Below, piece by piece: positions 10,224 to 22,020 of a stretch of DNA of 64,000 nt. The position numbers and the translations under genes were made by a program. This DNA comes from a bacterium. GTDB taxonomy: Bacteria > Babelota > Babeliae > Babelales > RVW-14. The first letter of the stretch is position 1. Each line of letters opens with the position of its first letter. The notes beneath the pieces were generated by a model that was given only the letters and a program-made list of their open reading frames with translations, was not told the origin of the DNA and searched no databases. The DNA lies in the NCBI GenBank assembly GCA_043822925.1, contig JBDRBF010000008.1, forward strand, positions 25,129 to 89,128, read 5' to 3'.

Positions 10224-10616
10224 CTACCAAATATGACAAATCACTTCGCCGCCAACGCCTGATTTCTTCGCTTGACGATCAGTCATCAAACCCAAACTCG
10301 TCGATAATATTGAAATACCTAATCCCCCAATAACAGGAGTGAGGTTATTAAGTCTTTCATAATAACGACAGCTTGGTTTACTTACACGTTTAATTTCATG
10401 AATAGGAGACTCGCCCTGAACATATTTAAAAAATATTGTCAGTTCGCTTTTTGGCCCGGTTGTTTCTATTTTAAAGTCTCGAATATAACCCTCTTCTTTT
10501 AAAAGAGTTGCTATATTAACTTTTATATTTGAAGAAGGAACAGTCACTGACCGTTTACCAACCATCAACCCATTACGCATACTTGTTAAAAAATTACCAA
10601 TTGAATCAATAGACAT
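10224..10616 (-). CDS. rpsH: 30S ribosomal protein S8
   Basis: LKEEGYI, RVSKPS, GISILSTSLG, GGEVIC. Confidence 0.97.
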   Translation of the reverse strand: MSIDSIGNFLTSMRNGLMVGKRSVTVPSSNIKVNIATLLKEEGYIRDFKIETTGPKSELTIFFKYVQGESPIHEIKRVSKPSCRYYERLNNLTPVIGGLGISILSTSLGLMTDRQAKKSGVGGEVICHIW

Positions 10617-10632
10617 CTCTATTTCCCTACCT

Positions 10633-10818
10633 TTACCAACTTGCCTTTTTTACCCCAGGAAGAAGTCCTTCCAAGGCATTCTTTCTAAAACAAAGCCTAC
10701 ACATCATAAACAGCCGGATGTAACCACGTGGTCGTCCGCATAATTGACATCGATTTCTTATGCGCGTAGAAAACTTAGGAGTTTTGTTTGCTTTTACAAT
10801 CAATGCTTTTCTTGCCAT
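10633..10818 (-). CDS. rpsN: 30S ribosomal protein S14 (61-aa zinc type)
   Basis: RCQLCGRPR...CRLCFR...PGVKKASW. Confidence 0.97.
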   Translation of the reverse strand: MARKALIVKANKTPKFSTRIRNRCQLCGRPRGYIRLFMMCRLCFRKNALEGLLPGVKKASW

Positions 10819-10839
10819 AACTAAAATCCTTTAAAACCT

Positions 10840-11385
10840 TCAACTTTTGCTTCGAAAAGGCATATTAAATTTTTTTAAGAGCGCCAACGCTTCTTCATCT
10901 GTTCTTGCTGTTGTTTGAACACTAATATTCAAACCCCTACTTCTATCAACTTTATCATAATCAACTTCTGGAAAAATCATCCAGTCTTTGATACCCAAGT
11001 TATAATTACCATGGCCATCAAATTTTAATGAAACACCTTGAAAATCCCGCACTGATGGCAATGCAATATTAACAAGCTTATCGAGGAAGTGATACATTTT
11101 TGTTTTTCTTAGAGTCACCATTACTCCGATTGGCATACCCTCTCGAAGTTTAAATCCTGCGATAGATTTTTTTGATAACGTCGATACAGCATGCTGACCT
11201 GAAATTTTTGTAATCATTTCCTGTATTTCTGCTATCACCTTGCTATCCGCAACAGCATCTTTTGCTCCAACATTCAAAACTATTTTTGAAATACCTGGAA
11301 CACGCATAATATTTTTCAAATCAAGCTCTTTACGGAGCTCTTCCCGAAGCCGTGTTTTATAGAGTACTTCCAATCGTGACTTCAT
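10840..11385 (-). CDS. rplE: 50S ribosomal protein L5
   Basis: SIAGFKLREGMPIG, RDFQG, FDGHGNYNLG. Confidence 0.98.
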   Translation of the reverse strand: MKSRLEVLYKTRLREELRKELDLKNIMRVPGISKIVLNVGAKDAVADSKVIAEIQEMITKISGQHAVSTLSKKSIAGFKLREGMPIGVMVTLRKTKMYHFLDKLVNIALPSVRDFQGVSLKFDGHGNYNLGIKDWMIFPEVDYDKVDRSRGLNISVQTTARTDEEALALLKKFNMPFRSKS

Positions 11386-11412
11386 ATAAACCTTTACCTA
11401 TTCCAACTTTGG

Positions 11413-11727
11413 TTAAAATGTTTCTTTGCAACGGCTACAACTTCTACTCTTTGTACTATCATCTAAAAAGCGAACTTGAATACGACAAGGCATCGAGCAC
11501 GATGGACAAATTGGCATCACTTTGCAAAGAGGAATATGATTTTCTTCTTTTACTATTTGACTCTTGTCCCCTGATTTTTTTGCCTTTACATGCCGCGTTA
11601 CTATACACGCGTCTTTCACAAGTACTGTTTCGTTTTTATGATCCACGGAGAGGACTTGCCCTCTTTTGCCTTTATCTTTTCCAGATAAAACAACAACCGT
11701 ATCATTTTTCTTTACTCGACTTAACAT
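11413..11727 (-). CDS. rplX: 50S ribosomal protein L24
   Basis: KOW motif DTVVVLSGKDKGKRGQV; CPSC and CSRC pairs. Confidence 0.96.
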   Translation of the reverse strand: MLSRVKKNDTVVVLSGKDKGKRGQVLSVDHKNETVLVKDACIVTRHVKAKKSGDKSQIVKEENHIPLCKVMPICPSCSMPCRIQVRFLDDSTKSRSCSRCKETF

Positions 11728-11748
11728 ATCAAAAAGCCTCTTTAATAC

Positions 11749-12117
11749 TTACAAAACTTCAGGAGCCAAAGAAATAATTTTATGATATCCAGCGGCCCTT
11801 AATTCACGAGCAACGGGACCAAATATACGAGATCCAACGGGTTGCTTCTCTTTATCTATAATTACAGCCGCATTATCATCAAAACGAATATAGCTTCCAT
11901 CCGCACGACGAACTTCTTTTCTTGTACGAACAATAACCGCATCAAGAACTTCACTCTTTTTTACCATTCCCCCAGGAATAGCCTTCTTTACCGTAACTTT
12001 TACCACATCCCCTAAATAAGCAGTTTTTTTACCTGTTGATCCAGTAATATGAATCACTTTTAATTTTTTAGCCCCAGTATTATCAGCAACTTCCAGCATC
12101 GTTTCATTTTGAACCAT
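11749..12117 (-). CDS. rplN: 50S ribosomal protein L14
   Basis: [27 protein letters not shown]. Confidence 0.98.
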   Translation of the reverse strand: MVQNETMLEVADNTGAKKLKVIHITGSTGKKTAYLGDVVKVTVKKAIPGGMVKKSEVLDAVIVRTRKEVRRADGSYIRFDDNAAVIIDKEKQPVGSRIFGPVARELRAAGYHKIISLAPEVL

Positions 12118-12132
12118 CGCTTAATTCCTTTA

Positions 12133-12417
12133 TCAAGATCTTTTTGTCAATATTCGATTCAATATCATATGCTTAGTTTTGGAAAGAGGTCGACATTCAG
12201 CAATTTCAACTTCATCACCAATTTTACAAGCATTTTTTTCATCATGCGCTTTATATTTCTTGAACATTCTCACTGTTTTTCCATACAACGGATGCTTAAA
12301 CGTTCTCATCACCTTGACGACAACCGTCTTATCCATTCTGTCAGAAACAACTTCCCCAACAAGTACCTGTTTAACAGCTACAGACTGCTGCAACAAACCT
12401 TCAGTTTTATTCACCAT
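12133..12417 (-). CDS. rpsQ: 30S ribosomal protein S17
   Basis: [30 protein letters not shown]. Confidence 0.97.
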   Translation of the reverse strand: MVNKTEGLLQQSVAVKQVLVGEVVSDRMDKTVVVKVMRTFKHPLYGKTVRMFKKYKAHDEKNACKIGDEVEIAECRPLSKTKHMILNRILTKRS

Positions 12418-12457
12418 TTTATCTTTACCCCTAATCATGCAATAGCACAATCATATC

Positions 12458-12673
12458 TTACTTTTTACTCTCAGTCTTCTGTTCATTTTGATTTGAAAAA
12501 GTCAACGCTTGTGCAATTTTACGACGTATCTTTTTAAACTGAGAAAAATCTTTTATTTGCCCAGATGATACCCCTAATCTCAAATTAAACAACTCTTTTT
12601 TTAAAGAGACTGCTTCTTTAAGTAAGGAGCCACTATCTATTTTTTTCATTTCATTCTTATCCACAACGATCAT
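12458..12673 (-). CDS. rpmC: 50S ribosomal protein L29
   Basis: KKELFNLR...IRRKIAQALT; lies between rplP and rpsQ. Confidence 0.92.
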   Translation of the reverse strand: MIVVDKNEMKKIDSGSLLKEAVSLKKELFNLRLGVSSGQIKDFSQFKKIRRKIAQALTFSNQNEQKTESKK

Positions 12674-12677
12674 CCCA

Positions 12678-13118
12678 CTAAATTAAAACGCCCGAAGCAT
12701 TAGGCAAATCATTTTTCGTAACAAAACGAGTTTTTATAGGCAATTTATAGGTAGCAGACTTCAAAATCGCTTTTGCTTCTTCAACAGTCATCGGTCCACC
12801 AATTTCAAAAAGAATCCGACCTCTTTTTACAGCATGAACCCAAAACTCTGGATTACCTTTTCCTTTACCCATTCGAGTTTCAGCAGGCTTCTTTGTTACT
12901 GGTCTATCAGGAAATACTCTCAAAAAAAATTCACCATCTTTTTTAAGTTTTCTGCTTACCGTAACTCGAACAGCCTCTATTTGACGAGCTGTAATCCATG
13001 CCGGCTCAAGCGCTACAAGACCAAATTCACCAAAAAAAAGACTCTTGGCTCCCTTAGTCAAACCTTTTAGGCGGCCCCTCTGAACTTTTCTATATTTTGT
13101 TTTTTTCGGCATCAACAT
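12678..13118 (-). CDS. rplP: 50S ribosomal protein L16
   Basis: [23 protein letters not shown]. Confidence 0.98.
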   Translation of the reverse strand: MLMPKKTKYRKVQRGRLKGLTKGAKSLFFGEFGLVALEPAWITARQIEAVRVTVSRKLKKDGEFFLRVFPDRPVTKKPAETRMGKGKGNPEFWVHAVKRGRILFEIGGPMTVEEAKAILKSATYKLPIKTRFVTKNDLPNASGVLI

Positions 13119-13138
13119 TGTTCTGACCTTCTATGCTG

Positions 13139-13765
13139 TTAGTACTCACCTTTACAAATCCACACTTTAACACCAATGGTACCATACGTTGTAACCGCTT
13201 CAGCCAAGGCAAAATCAATATGAGCCCTTAAAGTATGCAAAGGTATAGATCCGAGGCGCAACCATTCAGTTCGTGCTATTTCAGCACCCGCCAATCGACC
13301 AGCACAACATATTTTAATTCCCTTAGCGCCACTTTTCATCGTAGAATATCCAGCACGCTTCATAAGCCGCTTATAACTGCCTCTGCGTTCTAGTTGTTCT
13401 GCTATGCTTTGAGCAACCAATCGAGCACTCAACTCAGGAACGCGTACTTCTTTCACTGAAATATCAACGTTCTTTTTTATCATTTTGCTGAGTTCAACTT
13501 TTACATGCTCAATTCCCTGCCCTTTTTTTCCAATAATCACACCAGGGCGTGATGAAAAAATAGCAATACGAACATCATCCACAGCTTTTTCTATTACGAT
13601 GTCTGCAATATCTATTCGATTCAATCGTTTAAGCAAAAACTGCCTTATTTTGATATCCTCTAATACTCCATGACCATAAGCGGAAGCGCCCTTTGCAAAC
13701 CATCGAGACTTCCAATTCTCATAGACACCTAGTCTAAACCCAAAAGGATGAACTTTCTGTCCCAC
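13139..13765 (-). CDS. rpsC: 30S ribosomal protein S3
   Basis: MGQKVHPFGFRLG, RPGVIIGKKG, GRLAGAEIAR. Confidence 0.98.
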   Translation of the reverse strand: MGQKVHPFGFRLGVYENWKSRWFAKGASAYGHGVLEDIKIRQFLLKRLNRIDIADIVIEKAVDDVRIAIFSSRPGVIIGKKGQGIEHVKVELSKMIKKNVDISVKEVRVPELSARLVAQSIAEQLERRGSYKRLMKRAGYSTMKSGAKGIKICCAGRLAGAEIARTEWLRLGSIPLHTLRAHIDFALAEAVTTYGTIGVKVWICKGEY

Positions 13766-13780
13766 AAAACACCTCTAAAC

Positions 13781-14122
13781 TTAACTTTTTTTATCTAATA
13801 TTATTTCCAAGTGACACATTTTCTTACGCTGCGCTGCAGCACGACCCATTGCTGCTGGCTTAAAATATGTTACTGTTGGCCCTTGATCTACTCTTATTTC
13901 TTTAATCACAAGATCACTCATGGCTGAAATATCAGCATGCTTATTTTTCGCATTCGAATATGCAGAAAAAAGTGTCTTAATAATAGGTTCCACTCTTTTC
14001 ACTGAACAAGTTTTCAACCAATTGTATGCCCTATCTACAGAGCTCCCACGTATCACGTCAACTAGAGGACGCAACTTATATGGCGAAATGCGAATGTACT
14101 TGCTTTTCGCTTTCGAAATCAT
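13781..14122 (-). CDS. rplV: 50S ribosomal protein L22
   Basis: RISPYKLR, VDQGP, PAAMGRA. Confidence 0.97.
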   Translation of the reverse strand: MISKAKSKYIRISPYKLRPLVDVIRGSSVDRAYNWLKTCSVKRVEPIIKTLFSAYSNAKNKHADISAMSDLVIKEIRVDQGPTVTYFKPAAMGRAAAQRKKMCHLEIILDKKS

Positions 14123-14194
14123 TTTTTTCCCAACCTTGATATTTTAACAAAAAAACAAAAACTCGTATATATCATTTACAACAATAGAACTATT

Positions 14195-14497
14195 TTACTT
14201 ACTTTTTGGTGCCGATTCGACATCTTTTTGAGCTTTTCTTTGCCCACTATGCGCCCTAAATGTACGAGTAGCTGCAAATTCTCCAAGAGCGTGCCCAACC
14301 ATGTTTTCAGTAACAAAAACAGGAATAAACTTTCGCCCATCATGCACAGCAATAGTAAGTCCAACAAATTCAGGAATAACCACGCTTGCACGCTTCCATG
14401 TTTTAATGACTTCTCGTTTTCCTGAAGTTTTTACTCTTTCAACTTTTTCTAATAATGACGGAGCAACAAAAGGACCTTTTCGTATCGATCGTGACAT
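14195..14497 (-). CDS. rpsS: 30S ribosomal protein S19
   Basis: [18 protein letters not shown]. Confidence 0.98.
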   Translation of the reverse strand: MSRSIRKGPFVAPSLLEKVERVKTSGKREVIKTWKRASVVIPEFVGLTIAVHDGRKFIPVFVTENMVGHALGEFAATRTFRAHSGQRKAQKDVESAPKSK

Positions 14498-14554
14498 TAC
14501 CGTATTTCCTTTACTTTTGCATCAAACATTTCCATCACGCATTATGTCGACTGC

Positions 14555-15373
14555 TTATGGGCGTCTTCTTTTTAAAATCGCGGTGCTCTTATTCTTTCTT
14601 GTTCTTACACCCTTACAGCTCTTTCCCCATGGAGTCATAGGATGAGAGCCAGATTTTGATCGACCTTCACCTCCTCCATGTGGATGATCCACCGGATTCA
14701 TAGCCATACCACGGACTGTTGGTCGCTTTCCAAGCCATCGCGATCTTCCAGCTTTTCCTATCACCATATTTCTAAAATCGGCATTAGACAATGTCCCAAC
14801 AGTTGCCCAATTATCAGCCGAAACCGTTCTTAACTCACCTGAAGGCATTTTTAAAATTGCATTATCTTCTTCTCGTCCAACAAGTTGAACAGCACAACCA
14901 GCACTACGTGCAAATTTGCCTCCTCTACCAGGATAAAGTTCAACGTTGTGAACAAAAAAACCTACCGGTACATGCTTGAGCGGCAGACAGTTTCCAACCT
15001 GAGCCTCAGCTTTCGCACTCGCAACTACAGCTTCGCCAACCTTAAGTCCATCAGGCTTAAGAATATATCCCTTTGCGCCATTCGCATAAGAAACCAAAGC
15101 AATTAATAAATTTCTATTTGGATCATACTCAAAAGCTTTGACAACCCCAGGGATCTCTTTATGCATACGCTTAAAATCTATTATTCTGTATAATTTTTTC
15201 GCGCCGCCCCCACGATGTCGACAAGTAATACGTCCATATGAATTACGACCACCTGTTTTAGACAAAGAACTTACAAGCCCTCTCTCAGGTCTTTTTTTAG
15301 TCAAATCATCATGAACTATATACTGCTGTGTTCGCAATGAAGAATTTGTTGGCTTTCTTGTTATCACGGCCAT
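14555..15373 (-). CDS. rplB: 50S ribosomal protein L2
   Basis: EYDPNR, GKAGRSRW, AMNPVDHPHGGGEG. Confidence 0.98.
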   Translation of the reverse strand: MAVITRKPTNSSLRTQQYIVHDDLTKKRPERGLVSSLSKTGGRNSYGRITCRHRGGGAKKLYRIIDFKRMHKEIPGVVKAFEYDPNRNLLIALVSYANGAKGYILKPDGLKVGEAVVASAKAEAQVGNCLPLKHVPVGFFVHNVELYPGRGGKFARSAGCAVQLVGREEDNAILKMPSGELRTVSADNWATVGTLSNADFRNMVIGKAGRSRWLGKRPTVRGMAMNPVDHPHGGGEGRSKSGSHPMTPWGKSCKGVRTRKNKSTAILKRRRP

Positions 15374-15411
15374 TCTCTGCATCCTTTATTTACTTTTTAA
15401 CCTAAGATCCC

Positions 15412-15762
15412 TTATTCGTTGCCTGCAACCGAATTCTGATCCGAAGAACCACCAACTAAATTTAAAGCTTCTACCATTCCAGGGATTTCAATTTTATATC
15501 CCTTTTTTAAAGTGATAATTGCTTTTTTCTTATCCGATCCCTTCGATTGTCTTCTCATAACAATACGGTTTTTACCTATTTTGTTAAGAACACGGACCTC
15601 GGCAACCTTAACATTCCAAATTTTTTCAACAGCATCTCGAATAACCAACTTATTAGCCGATTTGTGTACTTCAAAAGTAACTTTCCCAAACTTTTGATAT
15701 TGTTCTACACTTTTGCTCGAAATAACCGCTTTTTTTATGATATCGTAAATACTTAATTCCAT
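15412..15762 (-). CDS. rplW: 50S ribosomal protein L23
   Basis: [17 protein letters not shown]; lies between rplD and rplB. Confidence 0.95.
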   Translation of the reverse strand: MELSIYDIIKKAVISSKSVEQYQKFGKVTFEVHKSANKLVIRDAVEKIWNVKVAEVRVLNKIGKNRIVMRRQSKGSDKKKAIITLKKGYKIEIPGMVEALNLVGGSSDQNSVAGNE

Positions 15763-16391
15763 TGTAAAATCATATCTTTTAAGAAATCCATATCTTTTTT
15801 CAGAAACACCCAACAATCAGAATTACTTAAAGCAAAAGCATTTGGTTGATCAAAATGAACAATCGAAACATATGGAATATTTCTAAAAGAAGCAAAGTTC
15901 ACATCATCATGATGAGACAAAAATAATGTTACCTTCTTTTCAGAAAAACCCATGTTTTTTAATGCTACATTTGCTTTTGTTGTATTTGGTTTTATATCAC
16001 TATTAAAATCCAATCCACACAACAAATTATTATCTAAAAAAGAAAACAAAATATTATTAAAAACTAATTTGTTTTGTTTTTTAAGTATCGAAAGAGTTCT
16101 AACACGAGGTTGGGGGCCAAAAACAACCCCTCCCTTTCTCCACAAAGGAGATCGAAGACTTCCCGCGCGAGCTCTACCAGTACCTTTTTGTTTCCACGGT
16201 TTTTTATTTGAAAAAGCAAGCTCACCGCGAGTTTTACAGCCGACCGTTCCTTGGCGCTGATTCTGATGAAACGCTTTTATAACACATGAATATGTTTTTG
16301 GACTGACATCTTTTCGTGTAAGATCAAATTCTAATGGAAAACTTTCACTTTTTTTACCACTAAAATCGTATACTTGTATTGTTACAGCCAT
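15753..16391 (-). CDS. rplD: 50S ribosomal protein L4
   Basis: [25 protein letters not shown]. Confidence 0.98.
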   Translation of the reverse strand: MAVTIQVYDFSGKKSESFPLEFDLTRKDVSPKTYSCVIKAFHQNQRQGTVGCKTRGELAFSNKKPWKQKGTGRARAGSLRSPLWRKGGVVFGPQPRVRTLSILKKQNKLVFNNILFSFLDNNLLCGLDFNSDIKPNTTKANVALKNMGFSEKKVTLFLSHHDDVNFASFRNIPYVSIVHFDQPNAFALSNSDCWVFLKKDMDFLKDMILQWN

Positions 16392-16392
16392 C

Positions 16393-17019
16393 CTATATTC
16401 CTTGCTTTCTAACCACTAATACCGTGTCTTTTTTTCCAGGAACAGCACCTTTAACAAACAAACATTTATTTCCAGCATCAATACGCACGACCTGTAATCC
16501 GCGTATTGTAAAATGCCTAAACCCATGTCTTCCTGGTAAACGCTTACCTTTTATAACTTCACCTTGAGTTCTCATATGACCAATTGCGCCAGGACGACGA
16601 AGGAACATAGAACCGTGCGATGCAAAACCACCACTAAAGTGCCAACGCTTCACAACACCCTGGAAACCCATGCCCTTACTTCTACCCGTAACCGCAATTA
16701 CATCACCTTCTTTGAGCGAAGTAAAATCAAAAGAAACTACCTGTCCTGCTTTAAAATCGTGCTTTTCTGAAGAAGCAACCTCTTTTATGCATGAAAAATG
16801 CTCTTTTTTATCTTTCAACCACTCGGAAGAATATACTTTATCTCGATATTTCTTTCTCAAAAGACCAAGCTGTAAAGATGCATACCCATCATTTTCTTTT
16901 GTTTTAACTTGCAACACAAACCAGTTTGCAACATCAACAACAGAAACAGGGACAACTCGACCCGTTTGATCGAAGATTTGAGTCATTCCAATTTTTGTAC
17001 CTAAAAGTCTATCTAACAT
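16393..17019 (-). CDS. rplC: 50S ribosomal protein L3
   Basis: [30 protein letters not shown]. Confidence 0.98.
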   Translation of the reverse strand: MLDRLLGTKIGMTQIFDQTGRVVPVSVVDVANWFVLQVKTKENDGYASLQLGLLRKKYRDKVYSSEWLKDKKEHFSCIKEVASSEKHDFKAGQVVSFDFTSLKEGDVIAVTGRSKGMGFQGVVKRWHFSGGFASHGSMFLRRPGAIGHMRTQGEVIKGKRLPGRHGFRHFTIRGLQVVRIDAGNKCLFVKGAVPGKKDTVLVVRKQGI

Positions 17020-17046
17020 AAACACCTGCCTCAGTATCTCGTTGCA

Positions 17047-17352
17047 TTATTTAATTTCAACATCAACCCCTGCTGATATATTCAACTTCATTAACGCATC
17101 CATCGTTTGCTCAACTGGAGATAATATATCCAGAATACGCTTATGAGTTGTCATATCAAACTGCTCTCTTGATTTCTTGTCTACGTGAGGAGATCTCAAC
17201 ACCGTAAAACATTTTCTTCGACTCGGCAACGGTACAGGCCCCAAAACTTGGGAGCCTGTACGTTTTACCGTTAAAACAATTTGTTTTACTGCATTATCAA
17301 GAAGTTGATGATCATACGATTTTAGTGTTAAACGAATTTTATGTTTTTTCAT
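17047..17352 (-). CDS. rpsJ: 30S ribosomal protein S10
   Basis: [19 protein letters not shown]. Confidence 0.98.
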   Translation of the reverse strand: MKKHKIRLTLKSYDHQLLDNAVKQIVLTVKRTGSQVLGPVPLPSRRKCFTVLRSPHVDKKSREQFDMTTHKRILDILSPVEQTMDALMKLNISAGVDVEIK

Positions 17353-17359
17353 ATTCAGT

Positions 17360-18550
17360 CTATTCTATAATTTCGATAACAACACCAGCTCCAATAGTTC
17401 TACCACCTTCTCGAATAGCAAATTTCACGTCTTTATCCATTGCAATTTTGCTAACAAGTTCAACAGAAATTTCTACGTTATCACCAGGCATAACCATTTC
17501 ACGACCAGCTGGTAGCGTTATAGATCCTGTTACGTCTGTTGTTCTGAAATAAAACTGAGGACGATATCCACTAAAAAATGGACTATGCCTTCCGCCTTCC
17601 TCTTTTTTCAATACAACAATTTGCGCTTTAAATTTAAAATGCGGAGTAACCGACCCTGGAGCCGCAAGAACTTGTCCTCGTTCAACATCTTCTTTTTTAA
17701 TACCACGCAACAAAATACCAACGTTATCACCAGGTAAACAATCTTTCATTTCCTTGTTAAACATTTCAATACCGGTAACCGTCGTTTTTACGGTATCTTT
17801 CAATCCAACAATTGCAATTTCATCGCCAACCTTAACAACACCGCGATCAACACGGCCTGTTACTACAGTTCCACGGCCAGAAATTGAAAAAACGTCTTCA
17901 ACTGGCATCAAAAATGGTTTAGCAATATCACGAGGCGGAATTTGTATAAAACTATCAATAGCATCCATTAATCTCATAATAGACGGAGCACCAAATTCAC
18001 TTGTATCACCATTCAATGCTTTAAGAGCTGAACCTCTAATAATAGGAGTCTTATCTCCTGGAAAACCATTAGACGTTAACAATTCACGAACTTCTTCTTC
18101 AACAAGATCGATCATATCTGGATCATCAACCATATCAACTTTGTTCAAGAAAACAACAACTGCTGGAACGTTAACTTGTCGAGCCAAAAGAATGTGCTCT
18201 CGAGTTTGAGGCATTGGACCATCTGCAGCTGAAACAACAAGAATTGCGCCGTCCATTTGCGCAGCACCAGTGATCATGTTTTTAACATAATCAGCGTGGC
18301 CTGGACAATCAACGTGCGCATAATGACGCTTATCCGTATTGTATTCAACGTGTGTAACCGCAATAGTAATACCACGAGCTTTTTCTTCTGGCGCTTTATC
18401 AATCTGATCGAATGATTTAAATTGAGCCCAGCCTTTTTCAGCCAAAACCTTAGTAATAGCTGCCGTCAAAGTTGTCTTTCCATGATCAACGTGACCAATT
18501 GTGCCAACGTTACAATGTTCTTTCGTACGCTCAAATACACCTTTTGCCAT
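17360..18550 (-). CDS. tuf: Elongation factor Tu
   Basis: [35 protein letters not shown]. Confidence 0.99.
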   Translation of the reverse strand: MAKGVFERTKEHCNVGTIGHVDHGKTTLTAAITKVLAEKGWAQFKSFDQIDKAPEEKARGITIAVTHVEYNTDKRHYAHVDCPGHADYVKNMITGAAQMDGAILVVSAADGPMPQTREHILLARQVNVPAVVVFLNKVDMVDDPDMIDLVEEEVRELLTSNGFPGDKTPIIRGSALKALNGDTSEFGAPSIMRLMDAIDSFIQIPPRDIAKPFLMPVEDVFSISGRGTVVTGRVDRGVVKVGDEIAIVGLKDTVKTTVTGIEMFNKEMKDCLPGDNVGILLRGIKKEDVERGQVLAAPGSVTPHFKFKAQIVVLKKEEGGRHSPFFSGYRPQFYFRTTDVTGSITLPAGREMVMPGDNVEISVELVSKIAMDKDVKFAIREGGRTIGAGVVIEIIE

Positions 18551-18603
18551 TCCTTATTCCTTCCAGACTCTAACTAATTAGTATATTACTTAACTTATTT
18601 TCA

Positions 18604-20670
18604 TCATTTTTTTTTGCTAACAATCTCATCCTGAGTATTCTTAGGTACTTCACGATAGATCTCAAATTGCATAGAATACGTTGCTCGTCCTTTTGACATG
18701 GAACGCAACGACGTTGCATACCCAAACATCTCTCCAAGAGGAACTTCTGCACGTATTACCTGCACCCCTTTTCTTGTTTCCATTCCTAAAATTCGTCCAC
18801 GTCGTGAATTTAAATCACCAATAACATCTCCCATGTTTTCTTCAGGCGTCGTTACTTCAACTTTCATGATAGGCTCCAATAGAACAGAAGACGCCTTTGT
18901 TAAACCATCTCGAAACGCTATCGATGCTGCTATTTTAAACGCAAGCTCAGACGAATCAACATCATGATAAGTACCATCGTCCACAATCGCTTTTACGTCA
19001 ACAACAGGATACCCCGCAAGAACGCCTGCATCAGTCGCTTCTCGCACACCTTTTTCAATTCCAGGAATAAATTCTCGAGGAATCGATCCCCCTTTTATTT
19101 TTTCCTCAAACAGGAACCCTTCTCCACGAGCAAGAGGTTCAAGCTGCAACCAGACGTGACCGTACTGACCATGTCCACCAGACTGCCGAATAAATTTTCC
19201 TTCAACTCGAACTGGCTTCTGTATTGTTTCTTTATAAGCAACCTGAGCTTTACCAACAGTTGCCTCAACTTTATACTCACGAAACAACCGATCAACGATA
19301 ATCTCTAAATGCAACTCACCCATTCCTTTGATAATCGTTTGACCTGTTTCATCATCATAAGAATATTTGAAAGAAGGATCTTCTTGCGCTAATTTACGCA
19401 ACCCAAGAACCATTTTTTCATAATCACCTTTACCTTTTGGCTCAATAGCAACACTAATAACAGTTTCTGGGCAAGTGATCGTTTCTAACAATATCGGACT
19501 ATTTTCAGCCGAGAGAGTATCGCCCGTCGTAACATCTTTGATACCAACAATAGCAATAACATCGCCAGCGCCAGCTTCTTTTATCTCTTCTCGCTTATTA
19601 GAATGCATGCGAAGCAATCGGCTTACACGCTCCTTATTTCCCTTAGTTGCGTTATAAACATATGAGCCACCCTCAAGAACCCCTGAATAAATTCGCGCAA
19701 AAGTCAAAGATCCAACGAAAGGATCAATCATAATCTTAAACGCTAAAGCACAAAAAGGTTCTTTATCATCAGCTTTACGAACATCTGTAGCCTTTGTCTT
19801 CGGATTTATGCCTTCAACTGGAGGAACATCTAATGGTGAAGGTAAGTATTCAACAACACCATCAAGCATTAATTGAACGCCTTTATTCTTAAATGCCGCT
19901 CCACAAAAGACAGGTGTAACTTCTTGACTTAGCACGCCAGCTCTCAAAGCCAACTTAACTTCTTCTATTGAAAACTCTTTTCCGTCTAAATATCTCTCAG
20001 CCAACGAATCATCAAAATCACAAGCGCGCTCCACAATAGCTTTATACATTTCTTCCATTTGTGCATGGAACTCAACTGGAACGTCTTCCCACGTCATAAC
20101 CTTCGTTTCTTCGTTGAACACAGCCATTTTTCTCGTCAAAACGTCGATAATCGACTTAAAATTTTCAGACTCCCCAACAGGAATTTGCATTGCCAGAGGA
20201 CTACCCTGTAATTTTTCATCAATCTCTTTAACGACAGAAAAATAATCGCCGCCGATACGATCAAGCTTATTAACAAAAGCAATACGAGGAACCTTGTGTT
20301 TATCAGCTTGCCTCCAAACTGTTTCAGACTGAGGCTCTACGCCACTAACGCCACAAAAAACCACCACAGCTCCGTCAAGCACTCGCAATGATCGTTCAAC
20401 TTCTATTGTAAAATCAACGTGACCAGGCGTATCAATAATATTGATTTGATGATCTTTCCAGTAACAGGTCGTCGCGGCCGCTGTAATAGTAATACCGCGC
20501 TCTCGCTCCTGCTCCATCCAGTCCATAATCGCTTCACCCTCATGAACCTCACCTATTTTATGAGTCTCACCAGTGTAAAACAGAACGCGCTCGCTAACTG
20601 TTGTCTTACCAGCGTCTATATGAGCAATGATTCCAATATTTCTATACTTATCTAAATTCTTACTAGCCAT
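18604..20670 (-). CDS. fusA: Elongation factor G
   Basis: [32 protein letters not shown]. Confidence 0.99.
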   Translation of the reverse strand: MASKNLDKYRNIGIIAHIDAGKTTVSERVLFYTGETHKIGEVHEGEAIMDWMEQERERGITITAAATTCYWKDHQINIIDTPGHVDFTIEVERSLRVLDGAVVVFCGVSGVEPQSETVWRQADKHKVPRIAFVNKLDRIGGDYFSVVKEIDEKLQGSPLAMQIPVGESENFKSIIDVLTRKMAVFNEETKVMTWEDVPVEFHAQMEEMYKAIVERACDFDDSLAERYLDGKEFSIEEVKLALRAGVLSQEVTPVFCGAAFKNKGVQLMLDGVVEYLPSPLDVPPVEGINPKTKATDVRKADDKEPFCALAFKIMIDPFVGSLTFARIYSGVLEGGSYVYNATKGNKERVSRLLRMHSNKREEIKEAGAGDVIAIVGIKDVTTGDTLSAENSPILLETITCPETVISVAIEPKGKGDYEKMVLGLRKLAQEDPSFKYSYDDETGQTIIKGMGELHLEIIVDRLFREYKVEATVGKAQVAYKETIQKPVRVEGKFIRQSGGHGQYGHVWLQLEPLARGEGFLFEEKIKGGSIPREFIPGIEKGVREATDAGVLAGYPVVDVKAIVDDGTYHDVDSSELAFKIAASIAFRDGLTKASSVLLEPIMKVEVTTPEENMGDVIGDLNSRRGRILGMETRKGVQVIRAEVPLGEMFGYATSLRSMSKGRATYSMQFEIYREVPKNTQDEIVSKKK

Positions 20671-20681
20671 GTCTATTCCTA

Positions 20682-21161
20682 TTACCAAGCATAATGAGAG
20701 AAAGCTCTGTTCGCTTCAGCCATTCTATGAACATCCAACTTCTTCTTTATCGCATTTCCATTGCCTTCTGCAGCTTCAAGAAGCTCATACGCAAGGCGCT
20801 CACCCATCGTTTTATTTGAACGACCAGAAGCAGCATCTAGAATCCATCGGAAGGCCAACGTAGTCGCACGACTAGATCTCAGCTCAACAGGAACTTGATA
20901 AACACCACCACCAACACGGCGTGACTTTACTTCAACATAAGGTTTTACCGAATTAATCGCCTTTTCAAACAAAGCGAAACTCTTTTTTTCATCGCCAATT
21001 TTTTTAACAATTATATCAAAGGCATCGTACACAATAGTACGCGCTATATTTTTCTTACCATCTTTCATCACAATATTGATAAATTTCTGGACAACGTAAG
21101 AGTTAAACCGAGGATCCACCCCTATCTCTCTCACAAAACCAGCTTTTTTACGCCTTGGCAT
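20682..21161 (-). CDS. rpsG: 30S ribosomal protein S7
   Basis: [28 protein letters not shown]. Confidence 0.98.
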   Translation of the reverse strand: MPRRKKAGFVREIGVDPRFNSYVVQKFINIVMKDGKKNIARTIVYDAFDIIVKKIGDEKKSFALFEKAINSVKPYVEVKSRRVGGGVYQVPVELRSSRATTLAFRWILDAASGRSNKTMGERLAYELLEAAEGNGNAIKKKLDVHRMAEANRAFSHYAW

Positions 21162-21543
21162 TAGGAGTATCTCCCTTCTTACGTTTAGCACCATACAAAG
21201 AACGACTTTGATTACGCTTCTCAACACCAGCCGAGTCTAAAGTTCCTCGAACAATGTGATATCGCACTCCTGGCAAATCTTTTACTTTTCCACCACGAAC
21301 AAGCACAACTGAGTGCTCTTGCAAGTTATGGCCTTCCCCAGGAATATACGCGGTTACTTCTTTCCCTGTTGTCAATTTCACACGAGCAACTTTACGCAAT
21401 GCAGAGTTTGGTTTTTTAGGTGTTTGCGTATATACACGAATACAAACACCGCGCTTTTGTGGACACTCCACTAACGCAGGCGATTTCGAAAACTCTCGAG
21501 TTTTCCGACGCTTACTTCGAACAAGCTGATTAATCGTTGGCAT
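21148..21543 (-). CDS. rpsL: 30S ribosomal protein S12
   Basis: [32 protein letters not shown]. Confidence 0.99.
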   Translation of the reverse strand: MPTINQLVRSKRRKTREFSKSPALVECPQKRGVCIRVYTQTPKKPNSALRKVARVKLTTGKEVTAYIPGEGHNLQEHSVVLVRGGKVKDLPGVRYHIVRGTLDSAGVEKRNQSRSLYGAKRKKGDTPNAKA

Positions 21544-22020
21544 ATCTTACAACCTTACACGTAATATGTAATATAAAAAAAATACTACAAAAAAATTCTG
21601 TTAGTCCTATTGAACACTCTTTTTACCTATAAATTCTCATATTTGTAGAAAATATAGAAGAAACTTTTAGTTCTTAGCGCTATTTTTAGATACTTTATTG
21701 CTACAACTCACAGTACTCAAAAAATATTCTAGCCTTAATTTTATATTTTTTCTCAATTTTTTCAAGCAAATATTGAGCTCATTTACTCGTAAAGCATACT
21801 ATGCTATACAACAACCGTTACAATATTGCAATTGTTGCAAATCGAATTTAGTTCACATCTGCTTACATACAGTTTATGCTTAAAGACACTCATTTGATGA
21901 TCTTCTTTGATAAACAGTAGGATTATTTCGACAAATAAAGTACTCTAAAATCATGTATTAATAAGTTTGTTTTTTTAAACTTTGAATATTTTAAATATTT
22001 TTGAAAATAAGGATAGAAAT

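Noticed and set aside
2763-20863. Many short plus-strand ORFs opposite ribosomal and translation-factor genes
   Set aside because: Antisense shadows of conserved genes with no recognisable motifs.
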